Part shown: in pieces, positions 37,636-52,490 of the stretch
Numbering within the stretch: position 1 is the stretch's first letter
Layout: each line of letters begins with the position of its first letter
Assembly (NCBI GenBank): GCA_030141605.1
Contig: JAQGDQ010000382.1
Location: 124,001 to 188,000, forward strand
From: Tubiluchus corallicola
Lineage: Eukaryota; Animalia; Priapulida
Reading direction: 5' to 3'
DNA: 64,000 nucleotides
The notes under the pieces: model-generated
The model's input: only the letters and a program-made list of their open reading frames with translations
What the model was told of the DNA's origin: nothing
Database searches by the model: none
Position numbers and translations under genes: made by a program

Positions 37636-40605
37636 ATGAAAGCCAAATCACTCAAGAAGATGAAGAAGAAGAAGAAGCAAAATATTAAAAGATCTTTGCT
37701 GCAAATGGACCAAGGAAAAAGTGAAATGTGTGCCATAGCGACATGTACTACTGTATGTGATACCGTACCTGTTGATGCATCACTTTTACAGACTTTACCT
37801 AATAAAAATTCTAATAAATCAGTTAAAGGCAAAGTTAAACTAATAGAAGACTTGAAAACACAATTGAAATTGAATGAAATTCAGTCCTCAACTTCACAAG
37901 ACGGTCTTTTGAGGCCAAATTTAGAAATACAAGAAAGCAGACAGCCAGAGGTTGTTGTCTTTAATGACCCAGCAAAAAAGTCACAGCAGGTATTGTCTCT
38001 GTGTTTTGTATTTTTAAACATGGGGCTGCTTTATTAATGTAGGTTCACTGACCTTGTTTTAATGTACTAAATTTATCAGACCAACAAATTAAGGAAAATC
38101 CTGTTTGAATTTTTGCCTTGAAGTAGCTGATTGTCATTTTTCTTGAATAGTAATAATATCGCCAGTTGTGATAATGTGCTGCCAGCTGTTATTTGCTTAC
38201 ACGGCAAATAGAAACATTTTTGCTAAAAAGTCGTACGTGCAATGCATTATAACTTTGATGTAACTTGTGCATTTTTAAGGAGCAGCTAAAGTGTTTATGC
38301 TGCAGAAAGTTGCTTTATCAAACTCTGCATATGGAGAATTGCATGTGTTGCAAAATGGTACATTTATTTATTTTCTGAGAGTACAATAATGTTGCCTGCC
38401 ACTTTTAGATTGTTTGTATTTTGAGTTTTTTAATTATAACTTACTAATCCTGCAACCGTGAAATGTTCACTTTTGGATTAGTATAAAATACCAGTTTAAT
38501 TATACTAGCAGCATTATTTTTGTATACATGTATGTTTTGGGTGCATGTAACATAGCTCTTGTAATTGAGTGTGTCAGTTTGCCATTGCAAGTGTAATGCC
38601 ATGTATTATACTTATTCATATTGTAAACGTTTGTTTGCTCAATAAGTGTTAACATGTAATACCTACGTAGTAAAAAATATAACAACTGAATTTGCATTAG
38701 CCATTGGCTCTACTCTAGTGCATATTTTTCTACTACATTTTTTAGGGGAATAAAAGAGCTGCTGTTCCTGTAGAAGTAAAAGGTGCTGAAGAAGATCTTA
38801 GTGACATTTTTGCCAAAGCAAGACACGATGTTCATCAGTTTGGCATTAGCGGCATGGAGAAAGAGTCAAAGGAGGCAGCACGGGAGAAACTTCTGCTTAA
38901 ATTGGGGGCCAAAGTAATGTGCTGTTGATTACTGCATTTATTGCTTAGGGTTATAATGTACTAATTTAGTGATGAGTAACAGGTGAAGAGCATAAAAGTG
39001 ATACGAGTAAAGATTTTACATTGTCATGCCACCAAAGTTGTAAAACATTTAATTCTGAATTCCTGCCCATTATGTATATGCGGGCCAAAGTACCACGTGT
39101 AAGGGACCGAGGGACCTTATCTTTAGTAGCCTGACAACAACGTAAGTCTATATATACAATCTAGTTGTATTTGCATTAACAAGCAAACATTGATTTCAAT
39201 TAGCATTATACTATAAGACTAGTAGTAGGCCTATTGTCTACTGTATAAATCTGACTGCATTGAAACTGAAAGAAATGTTGCAGTGTGTTTTGCTGTAATA
39301 GTAAATTCTGCTCGTGCTTGTGTTGTCTATGTGAACATAATATAATACCTGTCTTTGTATTTTGTTGAGTTTTCTTTGGTCTATAAACAATCAGTCTGTC
39401 AATTAGTCATCAGTGTAGCATATGCAGAACATTTGCAATTTTTGTGATTGCTATTCATTGGTTGCAAGCAATCTATTTGTGGTTACAGTATTGAAACTAC
39501 ATTGCCACAGTGCTGCAACATTGCTAAGTGTTGCCTTATTGCCAAGTGCATGCTTCTATTAAATTTTTAGAAGGTGATACGTTTGACTTGGTCATTTTTG
39601 TAATTTTTACCTGTTTATAGCGGTAGAAACATTAAAGGAAATTTCTCTTGTACTTTTGGTGGCCTCCTCAAAGTTAATGATATGATCTAAGAACTGTTAT
39701 AAGAACCTATAAAATTTCTGCTTAAGCTAAAATTTATTTGTATTTTTCCTTTCTAGCCAACAAAAAACAAATATTACAATTACAAGGAATATATGGAGTT
39801 ACAGAAACAAGCAAAGCAAAAGGCTGCAGATCAAAAGAACTTGAACAGAGCACTAGGTTACAGCGTAAAGCTGCCAGAGAAACCTAAACGGTACATTGTA
39901 TCTAACTTTTATGATTAATACTTATGTAGTCATAACTGGACTTAGATGTCTATAATCATTGTTAATTATCGTGTAAGTTTATGTTTTGTTTGACCTGAGC
40001 AAATTTTTTGTAGTAACACAGCAAACTGTTTTAATTTAGGTATACTTTTACATGTTTTATGCTTATATGGTAACTGTCTTTGTGCCATTGTTTTTGACCT
40101 ATCTTTGACTGCCTGTCCTCAAATTTTTCTCTCATTTCTCCTACCCTTCGTCTCTCCCTTTGTATCTGCTTCTTGGGGTGTCGCCTCTCTGTGTTATTTT
40201 GGTGTGGAATTTTGTTTTTTAAAAATTTGCTATTTTGTAAGTGCCAAAAAATCCTAAATACAAAACAGACATGCAGTTATGTTGTTAAAGTATAAATTTA
40301 AAATCAGAAGTAATATCCAGTTAGGTCTACTTGCCTTTGTGTCATATAAACATGCTGTTTCATCGAGTGTTTCATGTAAATTGTAAACCATTCTGTTTTG
40401 CAAACAGGCTGTCATATATTGATTCTTTCTAAGTATGCTGCAAATTCTTCACTTTATTTTTCTATTGTTTTTTTTTAGAAAACGTAACCGTGATGACATC
40501 TTGACGAAAATAGACCTGCCCTTTGGAAAGTTTGATGGTGGAATGTTATCGTTGCACAAAGACGAACTCGGCAAAATGAAGAAATCAAAACTAAAACGTA
40601 CATAG
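37636..40605 (+). CDS. C1orf131: C1orf131/FSAF1 homolog (DUF4602, SSU processome assembly factor), 4 coding exons, ~260 aa
   Basis: Exons 37636-37989, 38746-38913, 39757-39890 and 40479-40605 with GT-AG sites and consistent phases. Motifs VVVFNDP, KARHDVHQFGISG, LKLGAKPTKNKYYNYKEY and GKFDGGMLSL match the recalled family signature (KARLEVHRFGITG..MLGAKPPK..VNYK..GKFKNGTLIL). Confidence 0.85.
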
Positions 40606-41459
40606 CATTCATTTCTGTAGTCTTGTAGAAGTTTTTTACTTGTATTTAACTGATACCATTGTATCATATTACTTTTAACCTCAGATCATCTTTGAAGGAA
40701 GGCAGGATGATTTTTGATATGCTACACCATTTTCAAGTCGGATAAAAAGTATACTTTTTAACACAATTAATACTTCAAAAGCATTTCTGATAATTAAATA
40801 ATAGATTAAAATGTTAATTAATGGCCAACGAGCCCAACTATTGATGACATCACAAACTAACATAGTTTTTAACAGGAAAAATATTTCACGAGCATGTTTG
40901 TGAAAGTAAAATTTGAAGTACGGTGCTACTATAAGATATTCAGTGTGTTGTACTAAAACTAGGCAAGTTTTATTATAAAAAAATCAAATTTACCGCTGTG
41001 CTCACGCATGAGCTATCGAACATGTGTAGTTCTACACAAACTAACACATCTGAAATGAGAAGTACAGCACCTGTTTTTTGTGCAATGCATTTCTGAAATA
41101 TCCGTCTAACTAGTAAATGGCAAAATGCATGTAACAGTGAAGAACTAGTGGCGCGAATGCAAAATTGTGTTGTAATAATTCTTTCATGTAAGGCATCCTT
41201 TAAAAAGTAGTATCTTCCCTTTCAATATTTTAAAGAGTAGATTGTTTTGACCTGCAGTTTAAGATTGGGTTCGGTTTTACTTTAGTTGCTTGTACCAGTT
41301 TTTCAGCAGAAACAATTACTGCAACTTGCAGCTGCACTGAAAAAATAGTGAACTGAATTGTCATGTGTACATATAAACAAAATAGAAATTTATTTTCTCG
41401 ATTAAAATTAAAAGATTTCATTCAAATTTGTAATTGCAAAGGTAAACAGACTAGCAATA

Positions 41460-41774
41460 CAGTCGACCCTCGTTAAACCGGACCCCGTTAGCCCGGATAT
41501 CGGATAAGACGTCATCCGTGGTAAAGGAAACTGCTAAACACAACACGGCCTACCAACTGTACAATAATTTCTTTATCCTCACATGTTAACTATTTTAAAG
41601 TAATATACAGTATAGTATATAGTGCACAGTATATAGTACAATGTATATAGGCCTTATTAAGGTGATTATTCCTGTATAATATAGACTATACACAGGCATA
41701 TCGGATAAATCGGACAATCGGCTAAACCGTACCACCCATCCCCCCAATTAGTCCGGTTTAACGAGGGTTGACTG
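41460..41774. mobile_element. Tc1/mariner (pogo/Tigger-like) MITE
   Basis: TA|CAGTCGACCCTCGTTAAACCGGAC...GTCCGGTTTAACGAGGGTTGACTG|TA; 24-bp TIR with one mismatch and a TA TSD. Confidence 0.9.
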
Positions 41775-43953
41775 TACTTTATTAGCTAGCATTCATTGAA
41801 AAGGGTCATCCAACAGTAACTACACCTACAAATGTATACACACAGAAATTCAAAAAAAATATTACAATGGCTGTATGTACAGTTTTTGTAAAAAGGATGG
41901 ACAAAAAGTCTTCGTCAAAGTAGCTGCACATAATACAGTCAACACAACATAGATCAGATATAGTTGGCACATTGAGAATACATACATAATACCACTATTT
42001 GACATTCTTAAAATTATAGGCCGAGGCAATGGACTTGTAATCAAAAGTTGTCTGTTGAAATCCAGGCTTAGTCCCAGTTTTAAACATTTCAGTCAAAAAC
42101 TCACGGACTGTGGGTGCATTCCATCATTAACCAATGACATTGAAATTAAAATTATGCATAATTAATATATTTGTGTGCTTGTAAACCAAAACCACCCATA
42201 AATCGGCATACATAAAACTACGTGATGCTTCAAAGTAGAATGTACCATAAATTTTGTGAAAATGTTGATTTCTTGTTTTTTATAAAAACAAACGCGAAAC
42301 ATATTGGAGTATTATATTCTAGCATCAATCCACCTTTCTGGCTAGAAACTAGTAATGCAATTGTAAAAAACTTGTATTTTTAAACTCCGATAGTTGTTCG
42401 TGGAAGCTGTCATTTTGCTTCGGGTTTTTTCTGTTGCCAAGCTCAAATCTTCATCAGGAAGGATCATCTAATGGATTTAAACATAACTTCAATGTGCTCT
42501 TGAAAAGTCCATAGCAACCACACTTTCGTACAGTTGCTAAGTGTTTTGCGGCAGCACGACAAAAAACAATGGCTAGCTTTAACAGCAATTATCTCATGGT
42601 TATGTTTTCCAGTGCACTTCAACTTCAACGTGGATTATCTCAGCTTAGAAATAACATACAGCGATAAGCTCGGTATCAAAATGATCTTCACGAAATTGAG
42701 ATTTAGGATATGTGAATAATTAAAAAAGCTTAATTGCCGAGTCTAGGACGATTTTGCTATGCAAGCACACATTTGTAAAAGTTTTTCCTATTTTCATTTT
42801 TTTCTTGCAAAGTGATATTTGACAAAGGTCAGGAAAAAGACACAATGTGCATATATTATGCCTAAACAACTATATGAAGCACAACAATTGAAAATCCAAT
42901 GATGTTAGAAGAGTTAATCATGATGACATCTTGACAAAGAATGAATAAATGAATTCATTTAATTCACTGGATTTAATTCACGGGATGGTTTATTGTAATA
43001 GATAGTATTATAAACAAAAATTGTCGATGCACTGCACTGCACAATGTCGATACAAACGTAACAAATATACACTGCCCTCAAGTATCCGATCATGAGTCAC
43101 AGCATGCTATTGAACAATCAGCATCTCAAATCTGTCTTAATTGCAAAGAACCCCTTCAATCTTTCCAAATTTCTTCGATCCAGTTCTCTTAGCATATGCA
43201 AAAATGTTTTTTTGAGATTTTGCATAATCTATAATAATAGTGTTGGCAAAGAAAGTGAAATTTGCATTGCATAAAACAAATTAACTATTTAAAGCAGCAT
43301 GTCACAAAAATTACCAATAAAAGCGAAATTTACAGCAAATGAAACCTGGTTTCACTTTAAAGTCATTTTCAGACCCCAAAGCAGTAGGCTGTGCTGTTAA
43401 ATGCACAAACCATAGTTAGGACTTTATAATGTAATCCCACTACATTTGTTCATTTAATACTCAAACTGATCATTTACTATCAAACAAGCTTCCACTATAC
43501 ATCAGTATTAAGGTTATATCATGTACATGTCTATGATATAATTTAGCCTATATATGACATAAGCCTGTAATAGTCATATAACATATAAGCCTATAACATG
43601 ACTATAACAGCATGTTATAGTGGTGAGAAGAGAAAACGATGTCGTTTGTTTGTAGCTGACTTGGTGTAAAAATTAAGCGAAGGACTTACAAAGGTGTTAT
43701 CATGACATAAGCTGTAACGATATCACAGTTCAAGATAATGCAAATCTCAAGGCATGTTGTAAAAGTAACACTTGGGCACAAAAAAACACATCCAACACCA
43801 CCATATGCCAAACCAATCGCTGAATCCACCAAATGCAAAAAATACTAATCCTATACATTTCCACAGTGCACATTTTGGTGTCCTTTTCTTGGCTAATCAC
43901 TGCCACTGTCATGTTGCTAATTAGGCGAACAATTTTTTGATTATCCCTTACTG

Positions 43954-46900
43954 CTATGACTCACGCACGGGCAAAAGATGTCCTTCAGTGTTGAACACCC
44001 ACTTATTGAAGTTAATTAATTTCGGATCATCATCAAACAATAAATACAAATATTTTAACGTTTCGCCTAGAAAAAAGGATTCCATCATGTCCCGCCATCC
44101 GGGACTTTCGGAATTTTTCACGTTATTGATTGACGTGTAACCCTGTTCGTCTAAACGTGTGTGCTTCTCAAAGGCCTGAAAAATCTTCCAGCCCATGTCC
44201 TGGTATTTTGACTCCCCAGTCAACTGGTACAGATAGTACAAAGATTCTACTGTTTCCGGTCGTAAGAGATTGTGAGCATCGGCACCCTGAAATGAGCGAA
44301 AATCCTAGAAGCATGTGAAAATACTAAGCTAAGGTTTTAATAGTACATCAGAACAAATCAAGCAAAACTAATCACACCATTAAGACTAAAGAAGCAACTA
44401 ACTAAGGTATCATAATACAAATAAAAATACTTAATTATTTCATGGTCAGTAATAAATCGGGACACCTGAATTTTTTGTTGTGTATAAAACCAATTAGGTG
44501 CATGCAAAAAAGTTATGCACCAGTAGATGGTCCACACATAAATACTCAGCTTTATGACAATGCAAACACAATATGTGGTGTGCTGACTTGAAAAATGAAA
44601 AAGAATGTCAACAAAACAAATGTTTCAATACCTTCTAGCTTAACAACATAGTATAACTTAATTTCTCCTACAAACATTCCTACGTTTTTGTTTCAGTGAT
44701 CACCTGGGCCACAGAGTGGGCGTTTTTCAACAGCTAACTTATTATTACATGTCAATAATGGATAAGGCAGCGCATTCTCCATTATATTCCAATGATTCAG
44801 TAACAAAATAGGCTTACTATTTTTGGTATCACTATCTTTGGTATTAGTAATCAAAATCGTGCCTTTGAAGGAAAAACTGTTTCTTCTAGAGGCTGATAGT
44901 CATTAGAAGAGAATGAACAAATGTAAAAAGAGCACATACTGGGTGACCCAAAAGAGTTTGCTGTATTCCAAGATTAAGAAATTTAGAAATTTTAGATCTA
45001 TTTGGTGTTTTAATGTTGTCTTTGGATAGTGAAAAATTTCAAAAATCTTTAGGAGAAAGAGTAGGTAAGTGGTCACGATATCTACCTAGGGATTAAAACT
45101 CAGCAACGTTGAACCCGGCTAGTAAATGAATGGAAAAAAATGAGAAAATAACTTTTGGGCAATGTCACTTGAAACAGCCTCCGTCTAATTACCAGATTTC
45201 ACGTACAACTAAAGGTGTCCAAGGCACTTTTGCCAAGTATCTCATTTTGGAGGATTTGATAATGAAATAGGGTCTGGTTTTGTTACAAGCATCAATATAA
45301 TAAGTAGGCAGATGAGGTTTAGAAATCCTTATAGAAGATGCTTGTTAAGCAGTTGATTAACTAATTGCATTTTATTAGTACATGGCTATATTTTTAAATC
45401 AAAATTTACTGGAAGTTGCAAATCGCTTGTTCAAGCACATTTCTTGACATGCGTTATTAATTTTACCATTTTGATGAAACTAGTCTTTGCAACGTGCGGC
45501 AACTCTACATGGTGTTCCTTGAGCTATCGATACAGAAACTTCAAACTGGTTGCCTTTAAATTTCAGGAGTTACTGAATTTTGAATACAGAAGTTTTTATA
45601 GCTCAAAATTTATAGTAGAAAGGTATGACAAAAGCACGTATAATATTATTTGGCACATTATTTTGCAATTCGCTTTTGAGCAAAATAAACTATTTGCAAA
45701 AATGCCAAGTTGCTGGTCATCAGTCAATGCTGCTATTTGGTTTTTTTTATAAAATATAATATTCTCAGGTGTCCTACCGTGTGCGATACAACACCCCACA
45801 ATGTGCAAGCAGCGAATTGCAAATTTCTTTCACTTCTCGTAATCTTTAACACATCTTGTTTCTCGTATAGTACTAAGATTTATTATTGTTAGGTATAGCT
45901 TATTTAAGAAAAACTGATGTACCTTAACATATATATCATCCTGTGTTCCAGGCAACATATTAAAGTGCGCAATTTCAGGACTTAAGAACGTTGGCATGCG
46001 TGCATACATTTGATAGCAGGTATGTAATAACTCTCTCGACAAGTCAAGATGCTCATCTCCATTACCTAGACCATTATGGTGACCCAGTGCTAATAAGCCA
46101 GCAAAAAAGCAAACCAAATGATCCTGAAAGAATGAAACATAGATAAATCTTTTCTAAAACAAAAAGCGAGAAAAATCATTAAGGCTCTGAAAATTCCATT
46201 CTGCCTCACATTGCTTAATAAACAAGTGTTGACTAATAAGTAATATATATGTATCATGCAAAAATGTTAGCATTAGACGAGCCTCAAAACTAAACTAGTT
46301 GAGGTATATAAAAAAAAACTAATTATGAGTAACTAATACTTTTGAAATGAGTTAACGCTAATAAGCAGTACTCTTGCCTTTTGCTCCAGTGTCACAAAAC
46401 TTCAAAGAAAGAAAAAATGCATAACCATATTCTCTATAATGTTTATTATGCAACCGTACCATTTTAGGGCGAAAGGTGTTTCCTCCGACTAGTTCACCAA
46501 TGAAAGACAGATTGTTAGGACCAGTTTTTCGCAACAGATTCCTCTTGATTCCTTCCAAAGCCGCAAGATAATCATCTTTTAACCTGCAATGAATAGCAAA
46601 ATGTTTACATTCATTCGACGAAAAAAGCTTTAAGACAGGCGATGAAAATATCAGTCACTGTAATATGTATTCTTTTTATAAACAGAAGGAAATATGCATA
46701 TTTGAAAATGTGTCTGCTAAACTGTGAGGTGTTGTATCACCTACAGTAGGACATCTGAGAATATTAGATGTTATAAAAATGCACAACAGCAAAGTTAATA
46801 TAAACAACAATAAGCAAGTACCAATCTATTGTTTTTCCAGTCTGTATCCACTGCTTCAGTAGGTACTCGTAGTAACTGTCTGCCCTTGCTCCCAGTGTTA

Positions 46901-48043
46901 TTGTACCACCAGGTCGAAACTGCCCTGTTTGTGCACTGATAAACATGGGTATTAACCCGTCTCGTTTAGATAACTGATGTAGATGCTTAGACACTTCAAA
47001 TGCTGTGTTCTGCCAGATAGACATTGAGATAATTATAGAACAATAAATAGTATATCTTTGGTTTAACATCATCCTTGGAAACTTTGCACAAATAAGAGAG
47101 ACTGACTTGTTTATATAATCTTATTCAAAAACAAAAAATAAAACGAGGCAGAGAAAGAGAGATGAAAAGAGAGACGAGGGGGAGAGGAGAGAGAGAGAAA
47201 GAAAGAGGGAGAGAGGCAGAAGAAAGAGAGAAAAAGGGGCAGAAGAGAAAAAAGTGGAAAGAAAAGGCAGACTAGCCTTAGTAAAATTGATTTATAATGA
47301 AGCATTTGTATTGCTTGCTGCTGTTGCAGTAATGGTAATGATGTTATTATCAGCATAATTATTGTTGTTGAACCATTTAAATTTGCAAACAATGATTTAT
47401 TACATTTCATTAGTGATTAAGTGATTAGATAAGAAATGTGGCTTTTACCTCGTATTTTGGATCATTTGTACAGCGAGAGAGATCACGAAATTCCATTTGA
47501 ATTGTGCTGACTTCTGACACGGTGCTGTCTGGTCCCCACTTTGGGGGCTTTCCTTGCATTGATCCAGGATTCACATCTGACCAGGGAATGGGAGATCCAG
47601 AACTGAAAGCAGGAAGGAGCCTGTCGCCTAATTCTGTCTGCAAATATGACAACATTTGTCATTATGACATGTGTACTTTTTTGTAAGCAGAACTCATTAT
47701 ATTGGTGTGAGTAGACATAAGGTAAACTAGTAGGTTAGTGTGTGCATTAGTGCATTTACAGATGGTCATAATCGGCAACATTAAATGCATGCGGCATTCT
47801 GTGGTAAATGAGTAAACAAGCTCTAACGTGAAGCTGCCAATTATTCGCAATCACATTAACCCTTTCACTATGTTGTTGCTTTTTAACTGGGCCACATTGA
47901 CTTTTGCACGCATGACAATAACTTCTTGCAGTGTGTTACTAAAACAGAATCTTGTAAATAAACAAATAGTTGTTCGTTTCTGAGCACTAATATTAAATAT
48001 TAGTTTTATTTCTACATATACACTCATGCAACACACACGCACA

Positions 48044-48102
<59 letters not shown>

Positions 48103-51100
48103 TTATAAATAAGCATGTAATTATATTTAGAAACCAGTTTTCACAAAAGACACAAGACTAATCCATAATATGCAACCATTTTATAAGAATGCAGAACAAT
48201 CAACTAAACATGCATTTCGCCAACGATCTACAAGTGATTTTGCATGGGAACGTGAGATACAGTACACTACCACATTGTGGAATGCATCTGGCTTCAGATA
48301 CTGATTGGTTGGTCAGCGGCTGTTAAGCATTTCTACAATGTTTTAGCAGTGAAATAAACAGCCCTGAGTGACTGTGCTTAGTGCTGAGCTTGGGTCGGCA
48401 GTCTACCGCCTTCTGTCGCTCGCATGAAAAACATAGGCGGCAGTGTGCCGCCTTCCGTAGTGAAAACGTTAAGAGACAAAGACCCCTTGATATGCCACAA
48501 CCACAAATAAAAGACTTACAGCTTTGTCAAGGAACATCGTGTCTTTGGAAAGATGGTAGGCGCTCAGTAGACCGCCTAAAACTCGTATAGAAACTTCAAA
48601 TAAATTGACATCCTTGCGTGTCTGCAAGTTTAGTTTGTTGTCTACCCAATCACGGGCTTCATTGAATTCTGAATGAAAAAAAAAATTGGCTGTTAAAATA
48701 ACTGAGTGAGTGTGGTGGTCTTTGAAGATCTGCCAGGTTGCTTAAATCATTCTGTAAACATTACAGTGGATATTCCTGTTTATTAAAACTTTACAACATT
48801 AGAGGTGTCCACTAATCATTTGAGCAAATCCACAATAGTCATGCTTTACTGACCACCATTCTAACAAGTTTAAGCCTGGTTAAACAACGTCTGATCTTTT
48901 CATTATCAGCATCCTTTTATCATGGCATAAGTGCAGCACTTAAAGGTCAAATAATCTTAGTTACCATTCTGAAGACCCATAATGTACATCGTATCCAGAG
49001 AATCTATAATTGTTAAGCCGAGTCCAAACCATTCGTGAAATGTCCTAGTGATCGGCTTTAACTGATCGTGGCCCCAGGCATATTTTCTATAGGCACTCCA
49101 GGCATGAAGAAAAGCATCAACTATTGCCTTCTGTCTTGCATTCTGAGGTCCTGTAATAATGTGCAAGGCAAAAGTTTCAGCATAATTGCCATTCAACATT
49201 CATCTGCAGGCTGAATTTGAGAAAACTTTATTTATTGTGAATTTGTGTCTTATTAAATTGTAAGATGTGAATACAGTGATTGTCAAAGCAGCTCAATAAG
49301 TTCACATATTTAAAAGACACGCAAAAGTGTAATAATCATGTGAATTCTTGTCTCTTACAAAATTTCATAGCTTATTGGGTGTTAATTCTGTGAGTTGATT
49401 TTTAAAGTGTTAGTTATGCATAACGTATTAGACTTATACAAACGCGAAATTAAAAACATTTTGTCGCATATTTGCCGAACATCTTTGCCGAGCAAATTTT
49501 AGTCTTTGATTTTTAATGTTAGCAACCTTAATAAATATGGAATGAACAGCTGCAGGCTTGTGACTCGGTCTCTGAATTTATGACCACATGTAGTTTTAGG
49601 AATTGGTTATGACCATTATGCAGATGCCAGTGCTACTGCACAATAAATATGGGTATCACATGCTTGTCATACACCTTGTAAGCGCTTTGCAAAACAGTAG
49701 TAACGGCGTGATACAATGCAGCTACTGTAGTTTATCACAAATTGAACGTATTAGGTAATACTGTTGCTTCAGAAAAGTTTAATCAACATGCGTCATATGT
49801 AAAACAGAGAACTCAAATTAGGCCAACTATATCACAGATCAAATCTGACAAAGTTTAAAACAACCCACAACCCGCAGTTACAGCAATCACCGTTTTTTCA
49901 CGTCTTAAAAGGGTATATGGACCTTTGTTCTACAATGCTGCTTTCAGTTCTGCTAGCAATGAAGTTAGTATGCAAGCTTGTGTTCTTACCAGCAAACTTT
50001 AGAGGTTCTCCTCCATCTTTGTGCAAGTGGCCAACTTCTTCATCCCCGTCTTTATCTATCACATTAGATTTATGATTTGTGTGGTGATCCTTGGACTGAT
50101 CACGTTCCTAAAAGTGTTTATAAAATACTCATTTATGTCATTTAAACAGCATTACTTTATGTATACCAATTATGAATAGTGCTTTATGAAATGTGAAGCT
50201 ATGAAAAAAGGGCAAACAGTTTTATTTTATGTAGAACCTTTGCTCCTTTTCACAGCTGCACACTTCGTAAAGCACTATTTGAACACAAAATAATCTAGCA
50301 GCATTAAACTTATTGTTAAGTTTATCTTTCAATTAAAAACTTAAACGCTAATTTGTACGCACACAGATTTGGATTATTAGCTATGTGAGATTTCAAAACA
50401 TTGGTGGGAAAGAAAAACAAATGCTAACCAAATAATTACATGCTACTAAGATTAATCTAAATTACATGTATGAAATAACAATATGAAATTACCCCATGTT
50501 TCTTTCCTTCACGAACATCAGGCGCTTCAGGTGGCTTAGGTTGCTGTACCTGGTGTAAATCTGGTGCAATGTCATTATCAGCAAAATTCACTGGCTTTTC
50601 CAGGACAGACGGTGCATTTTTTTCTTCCTCGTCTTTCTGAGCCTGTCTCCGTTTATCCTTATAAGGAAATGAAATAAACAATATTTAAAAAAAATTTCAT
50701 CAAGTGACTGTGCAGTGCATCCACACCTCTGAAGCACTTAAAAAGTCACAAAAGCAGCAGCAGTAAAGGAATCTGTAATCAAATTGACGTGCAACTCTTT
50801 CAATCATCTGGTGTATGTGTATGCTTGCGTTCGCACTACACAGGGTATAATTATGCAGCATATATTTTATTACAGATTACCATATTTATGCATTCTGTGA
50901 ATTAATGAAAATATACAGTTAATAAACAAAAAAATGCCAAAAAGTTTGAAACAGTTTGTCATAGTATTAAAAATAACAAAAACTGTAGAAACTTTCATGT
51001 ACGAAATCATGGTATAAAGATAACTATATAAATAAAATATAAGAAGAGGATTATCATGTTCAGTTCCTGCCACAAACAAACATAATAAACAGGCTTTGAC

Positions 51101-52294
51101 ACAGATTTCTGAATAGTTAGTTGCAGTCTTTCAAATTAAATAACTAAATTAAATAAAAAATAACCTAAACTTGTAATCTGAAATCTAGAATATCAAGACC
51201 TAAGCTAAATAGTTCAAAACTTGAAATGTTTACCAAAAACTCTTGTACTGCTTGAACCCTATTCCTTTGATCTTGACTCTTTTTTGAAACGTTTACATCA
51301 AAGGGATAAACATTACTTTCCTTAGACTCTTCTCCACTGTCAGTTGACATCCATGCTGCAATAATTCATAAGTTATTAAAGTTACATTTAAAAAATTACA
51401 ATTAATCTACAAGCCAAAATGTAAATTTACACAAGTCACACTTATCTATTCTACTTTGGTTAAATGGTTTTATGCTACCCGAGCAAGTAGCTTAACACTT
51501 ACCTTTCGAATATGTAACAGCAAAACTGTGGTTCACTGTACATGTGTTGAATAAAATCATTTTTAAGTACGATAAGTACCATAAAACACTTACTGAAATA
51601 AAGGCATGCTGTGAGCGTCACCAGTACAATGACAATTAGTATCAAGTTCTTCTGTAACCGAGACAATCTATTCCAGCTCTGCAAAAGTACATTTGTTAGG
51701 CTTAATATGATGTCAAGCCCGTCACTAAAACAATACCATCATAAACTGATATTGGGAAGACTAGCACACTGAGCATGTTCTGAAAAGACACTATAGGCTA
51801 GGCACAACATGAGTTGCCAAGTAAGAAAGTGATTAACTGATTGATTGATTAGTTTATTTGTCTCACTCCAAATACATATTTACTATTTTAGTTACACACA
51901 GTTCATTATAATTGCATTGAGATGGGGTGGAGAGCCAGACTACAAATCCAACTGGTTTAGATTTTCTAACTAAGTTGTAAAAAATTATTAGTAATCATAC
52001 ATTCAAGGAGATAAAGACAAACCATTAAAAAGCCAAGGTCTAAGCTAAAAGTAAATTAGTCTGAAGCGAGTTAAGTAACATAAGTTTTAAATCAAAGCTT
52101 GATAAAGCCTGTTGTTCATGGTAATGCATGTACAGTTTTCAGCACTACACTGTTCATAACAGTTTTGCAACACTTACCCTAAACAGAGATTGTTTTTGTC
52201 CATGTTTACTGCTACCTGAACCCTGATAATAATCATCGCTAACTACACCAACTGTTATAAAATCCCTTTTATCATGCCTGTGCGCATCAAACAT
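43954..52294 (-). CDS. MAN1B1: ER mannosyl-oligosaccharide alpha-1,2-mannosidase (GH47), 12 coding exons, 658 aa
   Basis: Exons 52294-52178, 51678-51594, 51355-51234, 50657-50493, 50107-49990, 49150-48965, 48668-48520, 47637-47449, 47009-46822, 46583-46460, 46123-45923 and 44286-43954; all GT-AG and in phase. N-terminus [13 protein letters not shown] + TM helix; GH47 motifs [73 protein letters not shown]. Confidence 0.95.
47140..47270. repeat. GA-rich low-complexity tract (intronic)
   Basis: Polypurine (GA)n-like run. Confidence 0.85.
47860..48468. mobile_element. piggyBac-like MITE containing a (CA)/(GCAC) microsatellite
   Basis: TTAA|CCCTTTCACTATG...CGTAGTGAAAACG|TTAA (10/13 TIR match); subterminal GGCAGTNNRCCGCC repeats; microsatellite at ~48030-48100. 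Confidence 0.55.
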
Positions 52295-52446
52295 ATCAAA
52301 ATTGCGTTGACACCCTAAAAGGCTAAATAAATTGATTACACGATTTAAGCTCTCACTGCCTTAAGATTAAGCTGTACTGCGCCTCTGCACCAAAATTATT
52401 TTAAGTTAATTTCATAGTTTACTCAGTTTAACTCAGTTACTAGGCC

Positions 52447-52490
52447 AAGCGGAAGTGCCGTGGAGCACCTATTGTTAACAAGCGGAAGCA
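52447..52490. promoter_or_regulatory. Tandem ETS-like AAGCGGAAG motifs upstream of MAN1B1 (divergent MAN1B1/SWT1 region)
   Basis: AAGCGGAAGTG (52447-52457) and AAGCGGAAGCA (52480-52490), ~150-190 bp upstream of the MAN1B1 ATG. Confidence 0.4.

Noticed and set aside
38969-39058. Candidate intronic C/D-box snoRNA (GTGATGA...CTGA) in C1orf131
   Set aside because: Weak terminal stem and no recognisable rRNA/snRNA complementarity; such boxes occur by chance in AT-rich DNA. snoscan or small-RNA data would be needed.
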